DNA of 64,000 nt. Source: a virus. Shown in pieces: positions 20,208 to 30,487 of this stretch. A program made the translations under genes and the position numbers. The stretch covers positions 64,001 through 128,000 of IMG/VR virus record IMGVR_UViG_3300044701_003269. The stretch is one strand, 5' to 3'. Below the pieces are notes generated by a model. It was not told where the DNA came from. It searched no databases and worked only from the letters and a program-made list of their open reading frames with translations. Position 1 is the first letter of the stretch. Every line of letters begins with the position of its first letter.

Positions 20208-21455
20208 ATGCCAAAATGGTTAGGTGGTATATTTGGGAATACGGTTTCTTCTACTGCTGATGGTACTGAAATAAAAGGAGTTTTTAGTTCTAGTGATCGA
20301 TATTATATGAAACGAGAGGGGGGTGCGGCATTTGCGACTTATTCTGTATCTCCTTCTACAACATCACTTAATGAAGGTTCATCGGTTACTTTTACTGTTA
20401 GTACCTTTAACGTTTCTGACGGTACTACTTTATATTGGACTTTAAATACAGTTTCTGGAACCATCAATGCATCTGATTTTACTGGTGGAGCAACTTCTGG
20501 TTCTTTCACTATTACAAGTAGTTCTGGTTCTGTTGTTCTTACGCTAGCAAATGATTCAACCACAGAAGGTTCAGAATCATTCCAATTACAAGTAAGAAAA
20601 GACAGTACTTTGGGAACTGTTGTTGCAACTAGTTCAACAATAACAATCGGAGATACTTCACTAACTACAGTTACAGCAACTGGTGGAACTGTTATTGATA
20701 GTGATGGATTTAGAATTCACGTCTTTACATCTCCAGGTTCCTTTGTAGTTTCTAATGCAGGTCCGGGAACTGTTGAGTATCTTGTGGTTGCTGGAGGTGG
20801 TGGTGGTGGAACTGGAGATGCTGGTGGAAGAAATGGTGGTGGAGGTGGTGCCGGTGGTTTTAGAACTGCTACTGGATTTTCCATAACTGCAACCACATAT
20901 CCTATTACTGTAGGTGGTGGAGGACCAACAGGAGGTTCTGGTGGTGCTGCTCCTAAGGGAAGTCCTTCAATATTTTCAACAATAACTTCTGCTGGAGGTG
21001 GTGGAGGTGCAGGTGGACTTGTAAGCACAAACGTAGCTGCATCTCCTGGTGGTTCTGGTGGTGGTGGTCAGAATGCATCTGGAGGTAATGGAAATGATCC
21101 ACCAGTTTCACCACCACAAGGAAATGCTGGAGGATCTACTGGAAATGCTTGTGGTGGCGGCGGTGCTGGAGGAGTAGGGTCATCTTCTCCTTCAGGTTCT
21201 GGTGGAGTAGGGTCTCCAATCACTTGGTTACCAGCATCTTATGGAACTCCAGGGCCTGCACCAGGTAGATACTTTGCTGGTGGAGGTGGTGGAGGAATTG
21301 CTGGTACTGGAGGTGCCGGTGGTGGAGGTAACAACATAACACCAGGTACAACAAACACTGGCGGTGGTGGCGGTGGTGGAAGAGGTCCTGGAGGAACTCC
21401 TGTCACTGGTGGTTCTGGTGGTTCCGGAATCGTTGTAATCAGATATCCCATATAA
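20208..21455 (+). CDS. glycine-rich fiber tip/adhesin with a Calx-beta-like domain, 415 aa
   Basis: NEGSSVTFTV..DSTTEGSESF; YLVVAGGGGGG..GGSGIVVIRY. Confidence 0.8.
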   Translation: MPKWLGGIFGNTVSSTADGTEIKGVFSSSDRYYMKREGGAAFATYSVSPSTTSLNEGSSVTFTVSTFNVSDGTTLYWTLNTVSGTINASDFTGGATSGSFTITSSSGSVVLTLANDSTTEGSESFQLQVRKDSTLGTVVATSSTITIGDTSLTTVTATGGTVIDSDGFRIHVFTSPGSFVVSNAGPGTVEYLVVAGGGGGGTGDAGGRNGGGGGAGGFRTATGFSITATTYPITVGGGGPTGGSGGAAPKGSPSIFSTITSAGGGGGAGGLVSTNVAASPGGSGGGGQNASGGNGNDPPVSPPQGNAGGSTGNACGGGGAGGVGSSSPSGSGGVGSPITWLPASYGTPGPAPGRYFAGGGGGGIAGTGGAGGGGNNITPGTTNTGGGGGGGRGPGGTPVTGGSGGSGIVVIRYPI

Positions 21456-21483
21456 AATTTAATAAATACTTAGAAAAAAGTAA

Positions 21484-22983
21484 ATGGATAAGACCAGACA
21501 ATCTGCAAATCTGGTTTCGGAAAATAATATTTTTTCCGATATCACTAATAACAGAGTTGGTATAGCAACCACAAATCCAACATCAACACTTCAAGTCATC
21601 GGTGATGCAACAATTAGTGGTGTTGTTACTGCATCAAGTTTTGTTGGAAATCTAACTGGTACGGCATCCACAGCAACAGAAGCAGGAACTGCTTATGGAC
21701 TAACTGGAAGTCCTAATATTACTGTTGGAACCGTTACTGGTAACTTAACAGGAACTGCTTCTACAGCAACAGAAGCAGGAACTGCTTATGGACTAACCGG
21801 AAGTCCTAATATTACTGTTGGTATTGTTACTTTATCAAGTGCGGTTGTTAGTGGAAACGTAAGTATCGCAGGAACTCTTACATACGAAGATGTAACGAAT
21901 GTAGATTCGATTGGGATTGTAACAGCTCGTGCTGGTATTGTTCTTGGACCAACAGCAAATACAATTCAGTTAGGAACAGGAACCACGATTAGTTCTCCAA
22001 GTTCTGATACATTTACTGTAAGTACTAATGGTAGTGAGAGAGTTAGGGTTGATTCGAGTGGGAGACTGGGTATTGGCAATACGAGTCCTGATACAAAACT
22101 AGATTTAGATGGCGCGTTCTTCTTGCGGCCAACATCAGAGTCATTCCCGTCTGAAAATGGCGGGGGCCTAAGGATTAGATCGGACACGTCGACTCTTGAA
22201 CTACGGGGATTACAATGGACACCCAGTGTTGTTTATTACGATATAAATTATCAGGGACTGCAGCATTACTGGAGTGTTAACGGTAGTGAGAAAGCGCGCA
22301 TCGACAGTTCCGGAAGATTTGGCTTGGGTACGTCGAGTCCTGGAGCAACTCTTGATGTTTCGGAAACTTCATCGGGCGCAACAGTCACAAGTCTGTTCCT
22401 GCGCAACCCTGCTGCTTTAGCTGCTGGAACTGTTTCTCGTCTTGCAATGACTGCTGTCAATACAGGCAGTCGATTTGCATATATAGATGCTGGAGTCACT
22501 GGAGCATCCGATAACGGGCATTATTTAGCCTTTGGAACCAACCCTGCTGGGGGTGCCCCGACAGAAAAAGCCCGAATATCATCATCAGGTGGTTTCTCAG
22601 TAGGAACCACAGCAAACCCTGGAGCAGGAGCAATCTATGCAACAGGAGACATCACTGCATTCTATTCATCAGACATCAGATTAAAGAAAGATATTGAACC
22701 AATCTCAGAACCCATCAAAAAACTGATGGAGATTTCTGGTGTTACTTATAAGTGGAATGAAGAATATCTGAAAGATAAGGATGTTGATGGATACTTTGTA
22801 AGAGAAACTGAAGTTGGTGTGATTGCACAAGATGTTGAGAAAGTTCTCCCAGAAGTTGTTGCAACTCGTGAGAATGGATATAAGGCAGTTAGATATGAGA
22901 AACTGGTTGCTCTTCTGATTGAAGCAGTTAAAGATCAACAAAAACAAATCGACGAACTGAAAGCAAGATTAGAGGAGGTTTGA
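21484..22983 (+). CDS. tail fiber with C-terminal peptidase S74 intramolecular chaperone, 499 aa
   Basis: SSDIRLKKDI..GVIAQDVEKVLPEVV..VRYEKLVALLIEAVK. Confidence 0.88.
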   Translation: MDKTRQSANLVSENNIFSDITNNRVGIATTNPTSTLQVIGDATISGVVTASSFVGNLTGTASTATEAGTAYGLTGSPNITVGTVTGNLTGTASTATEAGTAYGLTGSPNITVGIVTLSSAVVSGNVSIAGTLTYEDVTNVDSIGIVTARAGIVLGPTANTIQLGTGTTISSPSSDTFTVSTNGSERVRVDSSGRLGIGNTSPDTKLDLDGAFFLRPTSESFPSENGGGLRIRSDTSTLELRGLQWTPSVVYYDINYQGLQHYWSVNGSEKARIDSSGRFGLGTSSPGATLDVSETSSGATVTSLFLRNPAALAAGTVSRLAMTAVNTGSRFAYIDAGVTGASDNGHYLAFGTNPAGGAPTEKARISSSGGFSVGTTANPGAGAIYATGDITAFYSSDIRLKKDIEPISEPIKKLMEISGVTYKWNEEYLKDKDVDGYFVRETEVGVIAQDVEKVLPEVVATRENGYKAVRYEKLVALLIEAVKDQQKQIDELKARLEEV

Positions 22984-22986
22984 TAA

Positions 22987-23997
22987 ATGGCAACACCTTC
23001 AGGTCAGATTGCATTTTCTCAGGTAAATGCTGAGTTAGGAGTTTCTCCAACATCAACACAAGCAAATATGGGTTCTGCACCTTTTAGAGGTCTTGCAGGT
23101 GTTCCTTCTGGCCAGATTTCGATGAGCAATCTAAGAGGTAAGAGTAGTTTTAGTGCGACTGGTGGAACTGTTATTGATAGTGGAGGATTTCGAATTCACG
23201 TCTTTACATCTCCAGGATCTTTTGTAGTTTCTGGTTCAGGAACTGTAGACTATCTTGTAGTTGCTGGTGGAGGTAGTGGTGGATCTGATGGAGGGGCCGG
23301 TGGTGGTGCTGGAGGATTTAGAACTGCTACTGGATTTCCTGTAACTGCAACCACATATCCAATTACAATTGGTGGAGGTGGAACTGGAGGAACTGGAGGT
23401 ACAGGTAGTGATGGATCTGTCTCCACCTTTTCTACAGTAACTTCTACTGGTGGTGGAGGAGGTGGGTGGTATGCAATTGGAGCAGGAAATGCTGGCCGAG
23501 CAGGAGGTTCTGGTGGTGGAGGAGGTGGTGGAAGTGGCGGTGGTGGGTCCGCAGGAGCAGGAAATACTCCACCAGTATCTCCACCACAAGGAAATCCTGG
23601 AGGAGCCGGGTTTCCTGGAGGTTGTGCTGGTGGATGCCCTAATGCTGGCGGTGGTGGAGCAGGAGCAGCAGGAGCAGCAGGAGGAACTTCTCCCGGAATT
23701 CCTGGAGGAAATGGAGGTCGAGGTGGTACAGGTTTACCAATCACTTGGTTACCAGCATCTTATGGAACTCCAGGACCTGCACCCGGTAGATACTTTGCTG
23801 GTGGAGGAAGTGGAAATAGTAATAACGGAGCAAATACTCCAGGCGGTGTCGGTGGAGGGGGTAATGGTGGATTTAGAACTTCCGGTCTTGGAAGTCCAGG
23901 AACCACAAATACTGGAGGCGGCGGCGGTGGAAGTGATGTAGGAAACCCTAGTGGAAACGGTGGTTCCGGAATAGTCGCAATCAGATATCCAATCTAA
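22987..23997 (+). CDS. glycine-rich fiber tip/adhesin, 336 aa
   Basis: MATPSGQI..SGQISMSNLRGKS N-terminus; polyglycine motifs. Confidence 0.8.
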   Translation: MATPSGQIAFSQVNAELGVSPTSTQANMGSAPFRGLAGVPSGQISMSNLRGKSSFSATGGTVIDSGGFRIHVFTSPGSFVVSGSGTVDYLVVAGGGSGGSDGGAGGGAGGFRTATGFPVTATTYPITIGGGGTGGTGGTGSDGSVSTFSTVTSTGGGGGGWYAIGAGNAGRAGGSGGGGGGGSGGGGSAGAGNTPPVSPPQGNPGGAGFPGGCAGGCPNAGGGGAGAAGAAGGTSPGIPGGNGGRGGTGLPITWLPASYGTPGPAPGRYFAGGGSGNSNNGANTPGGVGGGGNGGFRTSGLGSPGTTNTGGGGGGSDVGNPSGNGGSGIVAIRYPI

Positions 23998-24013
23998 ATA
24001 AAACAAAAACAAT

Positions 24014-24436
24014 ATGGCTCACTACGCAGAACTGAATGAAAACAATGAAGTAATCTACGTTGCCTATATGGATAACGAGACTATTACTGATGAAAATGAC
24101 AATGAAGTAGAAGAACTTGGTATTCAACATCTTCATACTCATCACGGTGCAGATCGTAGATGGGTAAGAACATCATACAGAGGTAACTTCCGCAATAAGT
24201 ATGCTGGTCTTGGAGATACTTATAGAGAAGATCTTGATATGTTTATTTCTCCCCAACCATTTGCATCTTGGATTTTGAATGAAACGACAGGTCAGTGGGA
24301 AGCACCTACACCTCAACCAGAACTTACTGAAGAACAACTAAATGATGAAACATACACCTATTACTATTTCTGGGATGAAGAAACTCAAAGTTGGTCCTTA
24401 AATCAAATTGAAAAACCAACAGAACAATCTGCATAA
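24014..24436 (+). CDS. small acidic partner of a Gly-rich protein (MAHYAEL family), 140 aa
   Basis: Paralog of 26547 and 32811 (W..TSY..N.R..YAG.G..Y). Confidence 0.8.
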   Translation: MAHYAELNENNEVIYVAYMDNETITDENDNEVEELGIQHLHTHHGADRRWVRTSYRGNFRNKYAGLGDTYREDLDMFISPQPFASWILNETTGQWEAPTPQPELTEEQLNDETYTYYYFWDEETQSWSLNQIEKPTEQSA

Positions 24437-24453
24437 TTTTTGAGGGAGTTATT

Positions 24454-24798
24454 ATGTTTAACTTATTTCGTCAATTTTTCATCAAAAAACCATACACCTG
24501 TTGTATGGAACTTCATAACGCTCTTGGTTGTTATATTTCAATTCATCATCCCTCATCAGGTCCGATTGAAGGATACAACCAGTTTTTCTATGAAAATAAC
24601 TTTATAATTATAAGTAATCTAAGAGAAGAACAAAATGTTTCTGATGTTCTCTCTTCCGTTTATTCCTTTGATATGAAGAGTTCAAACATCAAAATCATTA
24701 AGGGTAAGAAAAAAGTTTATCTACCAAATAAAACATTTGTTTCTTTAGATGAGAACTCTGTGTTTGTTTATGATAAAAGTAAAATTAAAATTGTTTGA
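24454..24798 (+). CDS. hypothetical protein, 114 aa
   Basis: ORF with RBS GAGGGAG. Confidence 0.6.
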   Translation: MFNLFRQFFIKKPYTCCMELHNALGCYISIHHPSSGPIEGYNQFFYENNFIIISNLREEQNVSDVLSSVYSFDMKSSNIKIIKGKKKVYLPNKTFVSLDENSVFVYDKSKIKIV

Positions 24799-24838
24799 TA
24801 AATACTTTAAAAGTAAAGTAAAGTAGTTAATAACACCA

Positions 24839-25708
24839 ATGCCTTCCCTTTCTTCTTTTATAGGTTCATCATACATAGGAGCTCAAGGTGTTCAAGGCAT
24901 TCAGGGAACACAGGGAACACAGGGAATTCAAGGTCTTGATGGTGAATATGCCGCGCAAGGAATACCGGGAACTCAAGGCACTCAAGGTACTACAGGTACT
25001 ACGGGTGCTCAAGGCGATACTGGAACTCAAGGTACTGAAGGAACTCAAGGAACTCAAGGTACTGAAGGAACTCAAGGTTTAGAAGGTCCCCAAGGCATTC
25101 AAGGTACTGAAGGAACTCAAGGTACTGAAGGAACTCAAGGAACTCAAGGTTTAGAAGGTCCCCAAGGCACTGAAGGTATTCAAGGCGCTACTGGAACTCA
25201 AGGTTTAGAAGGTCTCCAAGGTACTCAAGGTATTCAAGGCCCTCAAGGAACTCAAGGTTTAGAAGGTCTCCAAGGTACTCAAGGTACTCAAGGTATTCAA
25301 GGCCCTCAAGGAACACAAGGAACACAAGGAACACAAGGAACACAAGGAACACAAGGAACACAAGGAACACAAGGAACACAAGGTATTCAAGGTACATTTG
25401 GACCATCAACAATACCTCAAAACTCACAAACATCGGCATATGCTCTTGCTATTGGTGATGTAGGAAAACATATTTCTATTACTACAGGCGGAGTTACAGT
25501 TAACTCTGGCATATTCAGTGCAGGTGATGCAGTATCCATATACAATAATTCTTCTGGCAATCAAACAATTACTCAAGGCGGATCAGTGACGATGTATCTT
25601 GTTGGAACAGCAACAACTGGTAATAGAACATTAGCACAAAGAGGTGTTGCTACTATTCTTTGTGTTGCTTCAAATACGTTTGTAATCTTCGGAGGAGGTT
25701 TAACCTGA
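24839..25708 (+). CDS. collagen-like fiber protein, 289 aa
   Basis: Long G-X-Q/E triplet tract followed by a C-terminal globular domain. Confidence 0.85.
   Translation: MPSLSSFIGSSYIGAQGVQGIQGTQGTQGIQGLDGEYAAQGIPGTQGTQGTTGTTGAQGDTGTQGTEGTQGTQGTEGTQGLEGPQGIQGTEGTQGTEGTQGTQGLEGPQGTEGIQGATGTQGLEGLQGTQGIQGPQGTQGLEGLQGTQGTQGIQGPQGTQGTQGTQGTQGTQGTQGTQGTQGIQGTFGPSTIPQNSQTSAYALAIGDVGKHISITTGGVTVNSGIFSAGDAVSIYNNSSGNQTITQGGSVTMYLVGTATTGNRTLAQRGVATILCVASNTFVIFGGGLT
25310..25381 (+). repeat. perfect coding repeat (GGAACACAA)x8
   Basis: Eight identical 9-nt units encoding GTQ. Confidence 0.95.
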
Positions 25709-26538
25709 TGTCAATACTACAAAACTTTTTTGCAAGTGCTGCAGCTGCATCTCCAGTTTCTATTGAAGTTCTTATGATGGCTGGCGGTGGTGCAGCAAAC
25801 AATACAAGTACAAGTATGGGTGATGACGGATTCCCATGGGGCGTTGGTGGCGGCGGTGGCGGGGGGGGTTTATATATCTATTCCACTACTTTAGCTCCTG
25901 GGACAAGTAGAACTGTTACTGTTGGTGGTGGTGGTGCCGTTCCAAGTCCAGCTGGATCTAACACCTCATTTACTGGTGCTTCAGATGCTATTGGTGGAGG
26001 TCGCGGTGCGGGTTCCGTCGGCACCGTCTCAACAGTAGGTTTTCCTGGTGGTTCTGGTGGCGGTAGTATAAATTCACCAGCTGGTGGAGCAGGAACTGCT
26101 GGACAAGGAAATTCTGGAGGTTCCGGAACTAGAGGACCTGCGTCTGGCACTGGCGGCGGCGGCGGCGGAAAGGGGGGAGCAGGATCCGCCGGCACCCCAA
26201 CCGTTGGCGGCACTGGTGGAGCTGGATATAATCTATCTACTTTTAGGGGAGGTAGTTCTCTAACGGTTGCTTTTGGTGGTGGCGGTTCTGCTGGGAATTA
26301 TTACGGATTGAATAGTTTTGGAATTAATGGCGATGGCACAACAAATATCAGCCAGGCAGCAAATACTGGTGGCGGTGGTCGTGGAACTGGTGCACCTGGA
26401 GCATCCGGAAGAGTTATTGTGAGATATGCCGGAACAGTTGCAAAGGCAACTGGTGGAACCATTACTACAGCAAATGTCTCTGGAACTGATTATGTAATTC
26501 ACGATTTCACTGCAACTGGAACTTTTACCGTAACTTAA
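25708..26538 (+). CDS. glycine-rich fiber tip/adhesin, 276 aa
   Basis: Start MSILQNFF at a TGATG overlap; polyglycine motifs. Confidence 0.8.
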   Translation: MSILQNFFASAAAASPVSIEVLMMAGGGAANNTSTSMGDDGFPWGVGGGGGGGGLYIYSTTLAPGTSRTVTVGGGGAVPSPAGSNTSFTGASDAIGGGRGAGSVGTVSTVGFPGGSGGGSINSPAGGAGTAGQGNSGGSGTRGPASGTGGGGGGKGGAGSAGTPTVGGTGGAGYNLSTFRGGSSLTVAFGGGGSAGNYYGLNSFGINGDGTTNISQAANTGGGGRGTGAPGASGRVIVRYAGTVAKATGGTITTANVSGTDYVIHDFTATGTFTVT

Positions 26539-26546
26539 TTAAACTT

Positions 26547-27026
26547 ATGGCACACTTCGCAGAATTAGATCCTGATAATGTAGTCACGAGAGTAATCGTT
26601 GTTTCGAATGATGACATTCTAGATGAAAATGGTAATGAGTCTGAACAAAAAGGAATTGAATTTCTGCACAATTTATTCGGACAAGATACTAAATGGATTC
26701 AAACTTCATTTAATGGAAATTTTAGATATAATTTTGCTGGAATAGGAGACACTTATGATCCAGAAAGTGATGTTTTTATTCCTGAAGGATATTCTTATAA
26801 TGAACAATATCAAAGATATTTGCCTCCTATTCCAGAACAACCACATCCTCTTTGGTGGTATGACCCAGATAGATTAAAGTGGAGGCCACCATTTCCAAAA
26901 CCATATGATACATATCAATATGAATGGGATGAATCTATTTCAAATTGGAGGCAAGTTGAAGGGTCCGAAGGTGAAAGAGCGTGGACTCTTGATATGGAGC
27001 AACCAGTATTCGAAAGAAAATATTAG
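26547..27026 (+). CDS. small acidic partner protein (MAHFAEL family), 159 aa
   Basis: Paralog of 24014 and 32811. Confidence 0.8.
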   Translation: MAHFAELDPDNVVTRVIVVSNDDILDENGNESEQKGIEFLHNLFGQDTKWIQTSFNGNFRYNFAGIGDTYDPESDVFIPEGYSYNEQYQRYLPPIPEQPHPLWWYDPDRLKWRPPFPKPYDTYQYEWDESISNWRQVEGSEGERAWTLDMEQPVFERKY

Positions 27027-27083
27027 AAAAATAATATAAAAGTTGACGTATTATGCTATGATAAGTTAAATATACAATATATT

Positions 27084-27728
27084 ATGGAAAGAAAAATTAA
27101 TATTTTAAAAGATCCATTTCCACATTTGATTATAGAAAATTTCTATGATCAAGGGGAATTGGATCTTATTTGGGAAGAATTAAATTTTTTAAATAAACCG
27201 GGAAAACTTTATGATCCTGGCCATGATCATGGTGCGCAAAATCCAGAAACCAAAGAATTTTATACAAAATCAAAAGCAATTGAATTAGAGACCGCTTATA
27301 ACAATATTAATCTCTCAAATATTATTTCAGTTTCTCAGAAACTTTTTAATCATGGATTTTTAAATATTTTTTACGATAAATTTCCACAATATAAAAAAAT
27401 ATTATATCCAAATTATTGCAAAACTAAAGTTAGATATTATAAAAACAAAGATTATTATGCACCACATATTGACATTAGACACGATTTTTTAGCTTTTAGT
27501 TACTTTTATAAAGAACCTAAAAAGTTTTCTGGTGGGGAATTATTTTTCCCAGAATACGATGATTATGAAGTTGAATGCTCTAATAATAGTTTAATATTAC
27601 TTCCTTCATATCCAATTCATGGAGTTAAATTAGTTACTATAGATGATAATGATTATTCCTCTGGATATAGTCGATATTGTATCTCTCACTTTTTTGGCAT
27701 AGACCATAATACTTTTATTTTAAATTAA
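27084..27728 (+). CDS. 2OG-Fe(II) oxygenase
   Basis: HID..FSGGELFF..HGV..RYCI. Confidence 0.85.
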   Translation: MERKINILKDPFPHLIIENFYDQGELDLIWEELNFLNKPGKLYDPGHDHGAQNPETKEFYTKSKAIELETAYNNINLSNIISVSQKLFNHGFLNIFYDKFPQYKKILYPNYCKTKVRYYKNKDYYAPHIDIRHDFLAFSYFYKEPKKFSGGELFFPEYDDYEVECSNNSLILLPSYPIHGVKLVTIDDNDYSSGYSRYCISHFFGIDHNTFILN

Positions 27729-27740
27729 TACATTTAAATC

Positions 27741-28508
27741 ATGCAAACAGCGTTAAATGCTGGTCAAATATATCATACAGCATACTGTGGTTCTACTTTA
27801 ATGGCATCATTATTGGCAGGATCTTCGACAGTTTATTGTGAACCTCCATGGACCAAGTTATTATTGCAAGACAATCAAGAAGAAATTTTGAATATTTTAG
27901 AAGAACAATTTAAAAAATATGAAGGAAAAATTGTTGTAAAATTTCAAAGTATTCTTTGCTTTGCGTCTAAAAATTTTACTGATAAAAAAATATTTTTACA
28001 TAGAAAGTTGATTCATCATCTATTTAAATATAAATCTTCATCACCCTTAAGGTACGATGATATTTTAATTTATAAGTATCAAATTCATAAAGATCATTGC
28101 CATCCAGCATTAAAACATCTTCACTTTGAAAGTGATTTAGAAAAGATACTGTTTATTTGGGCAAATAATGTTCATTGGATGTTGGAATCTAATAATGTTT
28201 TATGGATTGAATCAAATAATTTTTTTAGAAATAAACAAAAAGTTATGAGTGATGTTTGTAATCATTTAGAATTAGATATGGTTACCAACTTTGAATTATC
28301 TAACTTTTATGTGAAAAGTTTTAATCTAAATGGAAATGAACATAAAATTAACAATTTGGAAATTCCTAATTTAGGAACCTCCAAAACTTTATATCCCTCA
28401 TATGGAATCATTGAAGATGACATGTGTAAGCAATATGATGATATTAATGAATTAATAGAATGGTCACATAAAAATATGCCAACTATATCTAAAGAACTTT
28501 TACAATAA
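27741..28508 (+). CDS. sulfotransferase-like protein
   Basis: N-terminal HTAYCGSTL PAPS-loop-like motif; EP motif; VCNHLEL. Confidence 0.55.
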   Translation: MQTALNAGQIYHTAYCGSTLMASLLAGSSTVYCEPPWTKLLLQDNQEEILNILEEQFKKYEGKIVVKFQSILCFASKNFTDKKIFLHRKLIHHLFKYKSSSPLRYDDILIYKYQIHKDHCHPALKHLHFESDLEKILFIWANNVHWMLESNNVLWIESNNFFRNKQKVMSDVCNHLELDMVTNFELSNFYVKSFNLNGNEHKINNLEIPNLGTSKTLYPSYGIIEDDMCKQYDDINELIEWSHKNMPTISKELLQ

Positions 28509-28625
28509 TTGCAAACTACAAAAGTGGCCAAAGAAATTCTTTATTATGAGTGGATTTATGATCCAGATACTGAGACTTTCACGGATCCACTAGAACCTGA
28601 ACCTGTAAGCGAAGAAACAACTTGA
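28509..28625 (+). pseudogene. 5'-truncated remnant of a paralog of 40800..41018
   Basis: YEWIYDPDTETFTDP..EPVSEETT* versus YGWTYDPNTGTFTEP..EPVTEETT*; no ATG start. Confidence 0.7.
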
Positions 28626-28678
28626 TTTTTAAGAGGGGTAACACCCTCTATTTTTATATAAACTTAATTGATAAATAC
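28599..28678 (+). repeat. 80-bp direct repeat, copy 1 (gene end + terminator + late promoter)
   Basis: 78/80 identical to 40992..41071. Confidence 0.95.
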
Positions 28679-28691
28679 TTATAAAAAGTAA

Positions 28692-29990
28692 ATGAATAAG
28701 ACCAGAAGATCTGCAAACCTGGTTTCTAAAAATAATATTTTTTCTAGTATTACCAACCATAGAGTTGGTATAGGAACCACAATACCACAATATCAACTTG
28801 ATGTTCTTGGTGATATTAATTTCAGCGGATCCTTAAATCAAGGTGGTAGTTCATTTGTTGCATCTAGATGGACTGCTGGAACTGGAGATGATATTTACAG
28901 ATTAAGTGGTGACGTTGGCATAGGAACCACAAATCCTCAATATAGCCTTGATGTTCTTGGAGATATTAACTTCACAGGGACCTTTAGACAAAACGGTAGT
29001 GCATTTGTTGCATCTAGATGGACTGCTGGAACTGGTGACGATATTTATAGACTTAATGGTGATGTTGGAATTGGAATATCAAATCCCCAATATAGCCTTG
29101 ATGTTCTTGGTGATATTAATTTTACAGGGACCTTTAGACAAAACGGTAGTGAATTTGTTGCATCTAGTGTTGCAACCAATTCTGTTGGTCTTGGAACTCA
29201 TACTTATGGTGACTATGTAAAAGATATTATAGGAACTGCAAATCAAATTACAGTTACTTCGGGAACTGGTGAGGGTTCTTCTCCAACACTAAGCATACCA
29301 AATCAATTTACAGCACCACAAGACGTTAGGATTACAAGAGATCTTCAAGTTGATCGTGATTTAAATGTAAATGGTAATATCACAATTGGTGGTACATCAG
29401 CTACATTATTCACCACAGAATTAAAAGTTTATGATGCTGATATTGTTCTTGGTATAAGAACTGATGAAAGTGGTAATGATATCTCAACAGATAATACAGC
29501 TAATCACGGTGGTATCGCTGTAGCATCAACAGAAGGAACACCACTTATCAGTCTTTATGATGTTGGAATAGGAGAAACAAATCCAGCCACATATAAGAAA
29601 ATTATGTGGTTTAAGTCCGGTACTTTTGCTGGACTTGGAACTGATGCTTGGTTGATTAACTACGGCGTCGGTATTGGAAGCACCCAAGTACCTGATGGAG
29701 TAAGACTTGCTGCCGGATCAGTTCAATTTACCGAGAGTGATTTATCGGTTGTCAGAAATATTAATGCAACTGGTATTGTTACTGCTACCAGTTTTAGTGG
29801 TGATGGAAGTTCTATTACTGGTATTGCTCGCGGCGGTGGTTCTGACGAAATCTTTTATGAAAACGGACAGACAGTAACCACAGACTATACAATCAGCACA
29901 TCCAAAAATGCGATGAGTGCAGGGCCCATTGGTATTGCAACAGGAATTACAGTCACTATTCCATCAGGTTCTACCTGGACCATCGTATAA
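28692..29990 (+). CDS. tail-fiber-like protein, 432 aa
   Basis: 50-aa repeats VGIGTTNPQYSLDVLGDINF; C-terminal YENGQTVTTDYTI..WTIV. Confidence 0.85.
   Translation: MNKTRRSANLVSKNNIFSSITNHRVGIGTTIPQYQLDVLGDINFSGSLNQGGSSFVASRWTAGTGDDIYRLSGDVGIGTTNPQYSLDVLGDINFTGTFRQNGSAFVASRWTAGTGDDIYRLNGDVGIGISNPQYSLDVLGDINFTGTFRQNGSEFVASSVATNSVGLGTHTYGDYVKDIIGTANQITVTSGTGEGSSPTLSIPNQFTAPQDVRITRDLQVDRDLNVNGNITIGGTSATLFTTELKVYDADIVLGIRTDESGNDISTDNTANHGGIAVASTEGTPLISLYDVGIGETNPATYKKIMWFKSGTFAGLGTDAWLINYGVGIGSTQVPDGVRLAAGSVQFTESDLSVVRNINATGIVTATSFSGDGSSITGIARGGGSDEIFYENGQTVTTDYTISTSKNAMSAGPIGIATGITVTIPSGSTWTIV
28764..29168 (+). repeat. 150-nt shaft module, about 2.7 copies; also at 33485-33810 and 39339-39488
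   Basis: Units start at 28764, 28914 and 29064; near-identical DNA in two other genes. Confidence 0.9.
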
Positions 29991-30004
29991 GGAGGTAAAA
30001 ACAA

Positions 30005-30487
30005 ATGCCCGTATCAATTAATGGAGATGGTATTGTCTCTGGAGTTACTACCTTTGTTAATACTACAACACCTTTCACTTTTGTAGGTGTTACTACTTTT
30101 GGTTCTATTGAGGCTAATGCTATTAATGCTGGTGTTGTTACTTCTACAAGTTTTGTTGGCAATGTTACTGGTAATGCCACTGGACTATCAGGAACACCAA
30201 ATCTAAATGTTGGTGTTGTTACTGCATCAAGTTTTGTTGGCAATGTTACCGGTAACGTAACAGGAAATGCAACAGGATTAAGTGGAACTCCAAATCTAAA
30301 TGTTGGTGTTGTTACTGCATCAAGTTTTGTTGGCAATGTTACTGGTAATGCCACTGGACTATCAGGAACTCCAAATCTAAATGTTGGTGTTGTTACTGCT
30401 ACTTCTTATTATGGCTCAGGGGCCAATCTTACTAATTTAAATATACCTGCAGGTTTCAATGAACTTGATGCTGCTTTGTTTAACTAA
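30005..30487 (+). CDS. short fiber protein with three internal repeats, 160 aa
   Basis: GVVTASSFVGNVTGNATGLSGTPNLNV x3; RBS AAGGAGG. Confidence 0.8.
   Translation: MPVSINGDGIVSGVTTFVNTTTPFTFVGVTTFGSIEANAINAGVVTSTSFVGNVTGNATGLSGTPNLNVGVVTASSFVGNVTGNVTGNATGLSGTPNLNVGVVTASSFVGNVTGNATGLSGTPNLNVGVVTATSYYGSGANLTNLNIPAGFNELDAALFN

Noticed and set aside
20670-23997. Diversity-generating retroelement template/variable repeat pair in the Gly-rich genes
   Set aside because: Both copies are coding, differences are not adenine-specific, and no reverse transcriptase is present in the window
16820-25390. CRISPR-like or ncRNA array
   Set aside because: Repeats are in-frame 9-nt collagen codons without unique spacers; no cas genes
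27043-27063. sigma70 promoter TTGACG..TATGAT before the first oxygenase
   Set aside because: The spacer is only about 8 nt
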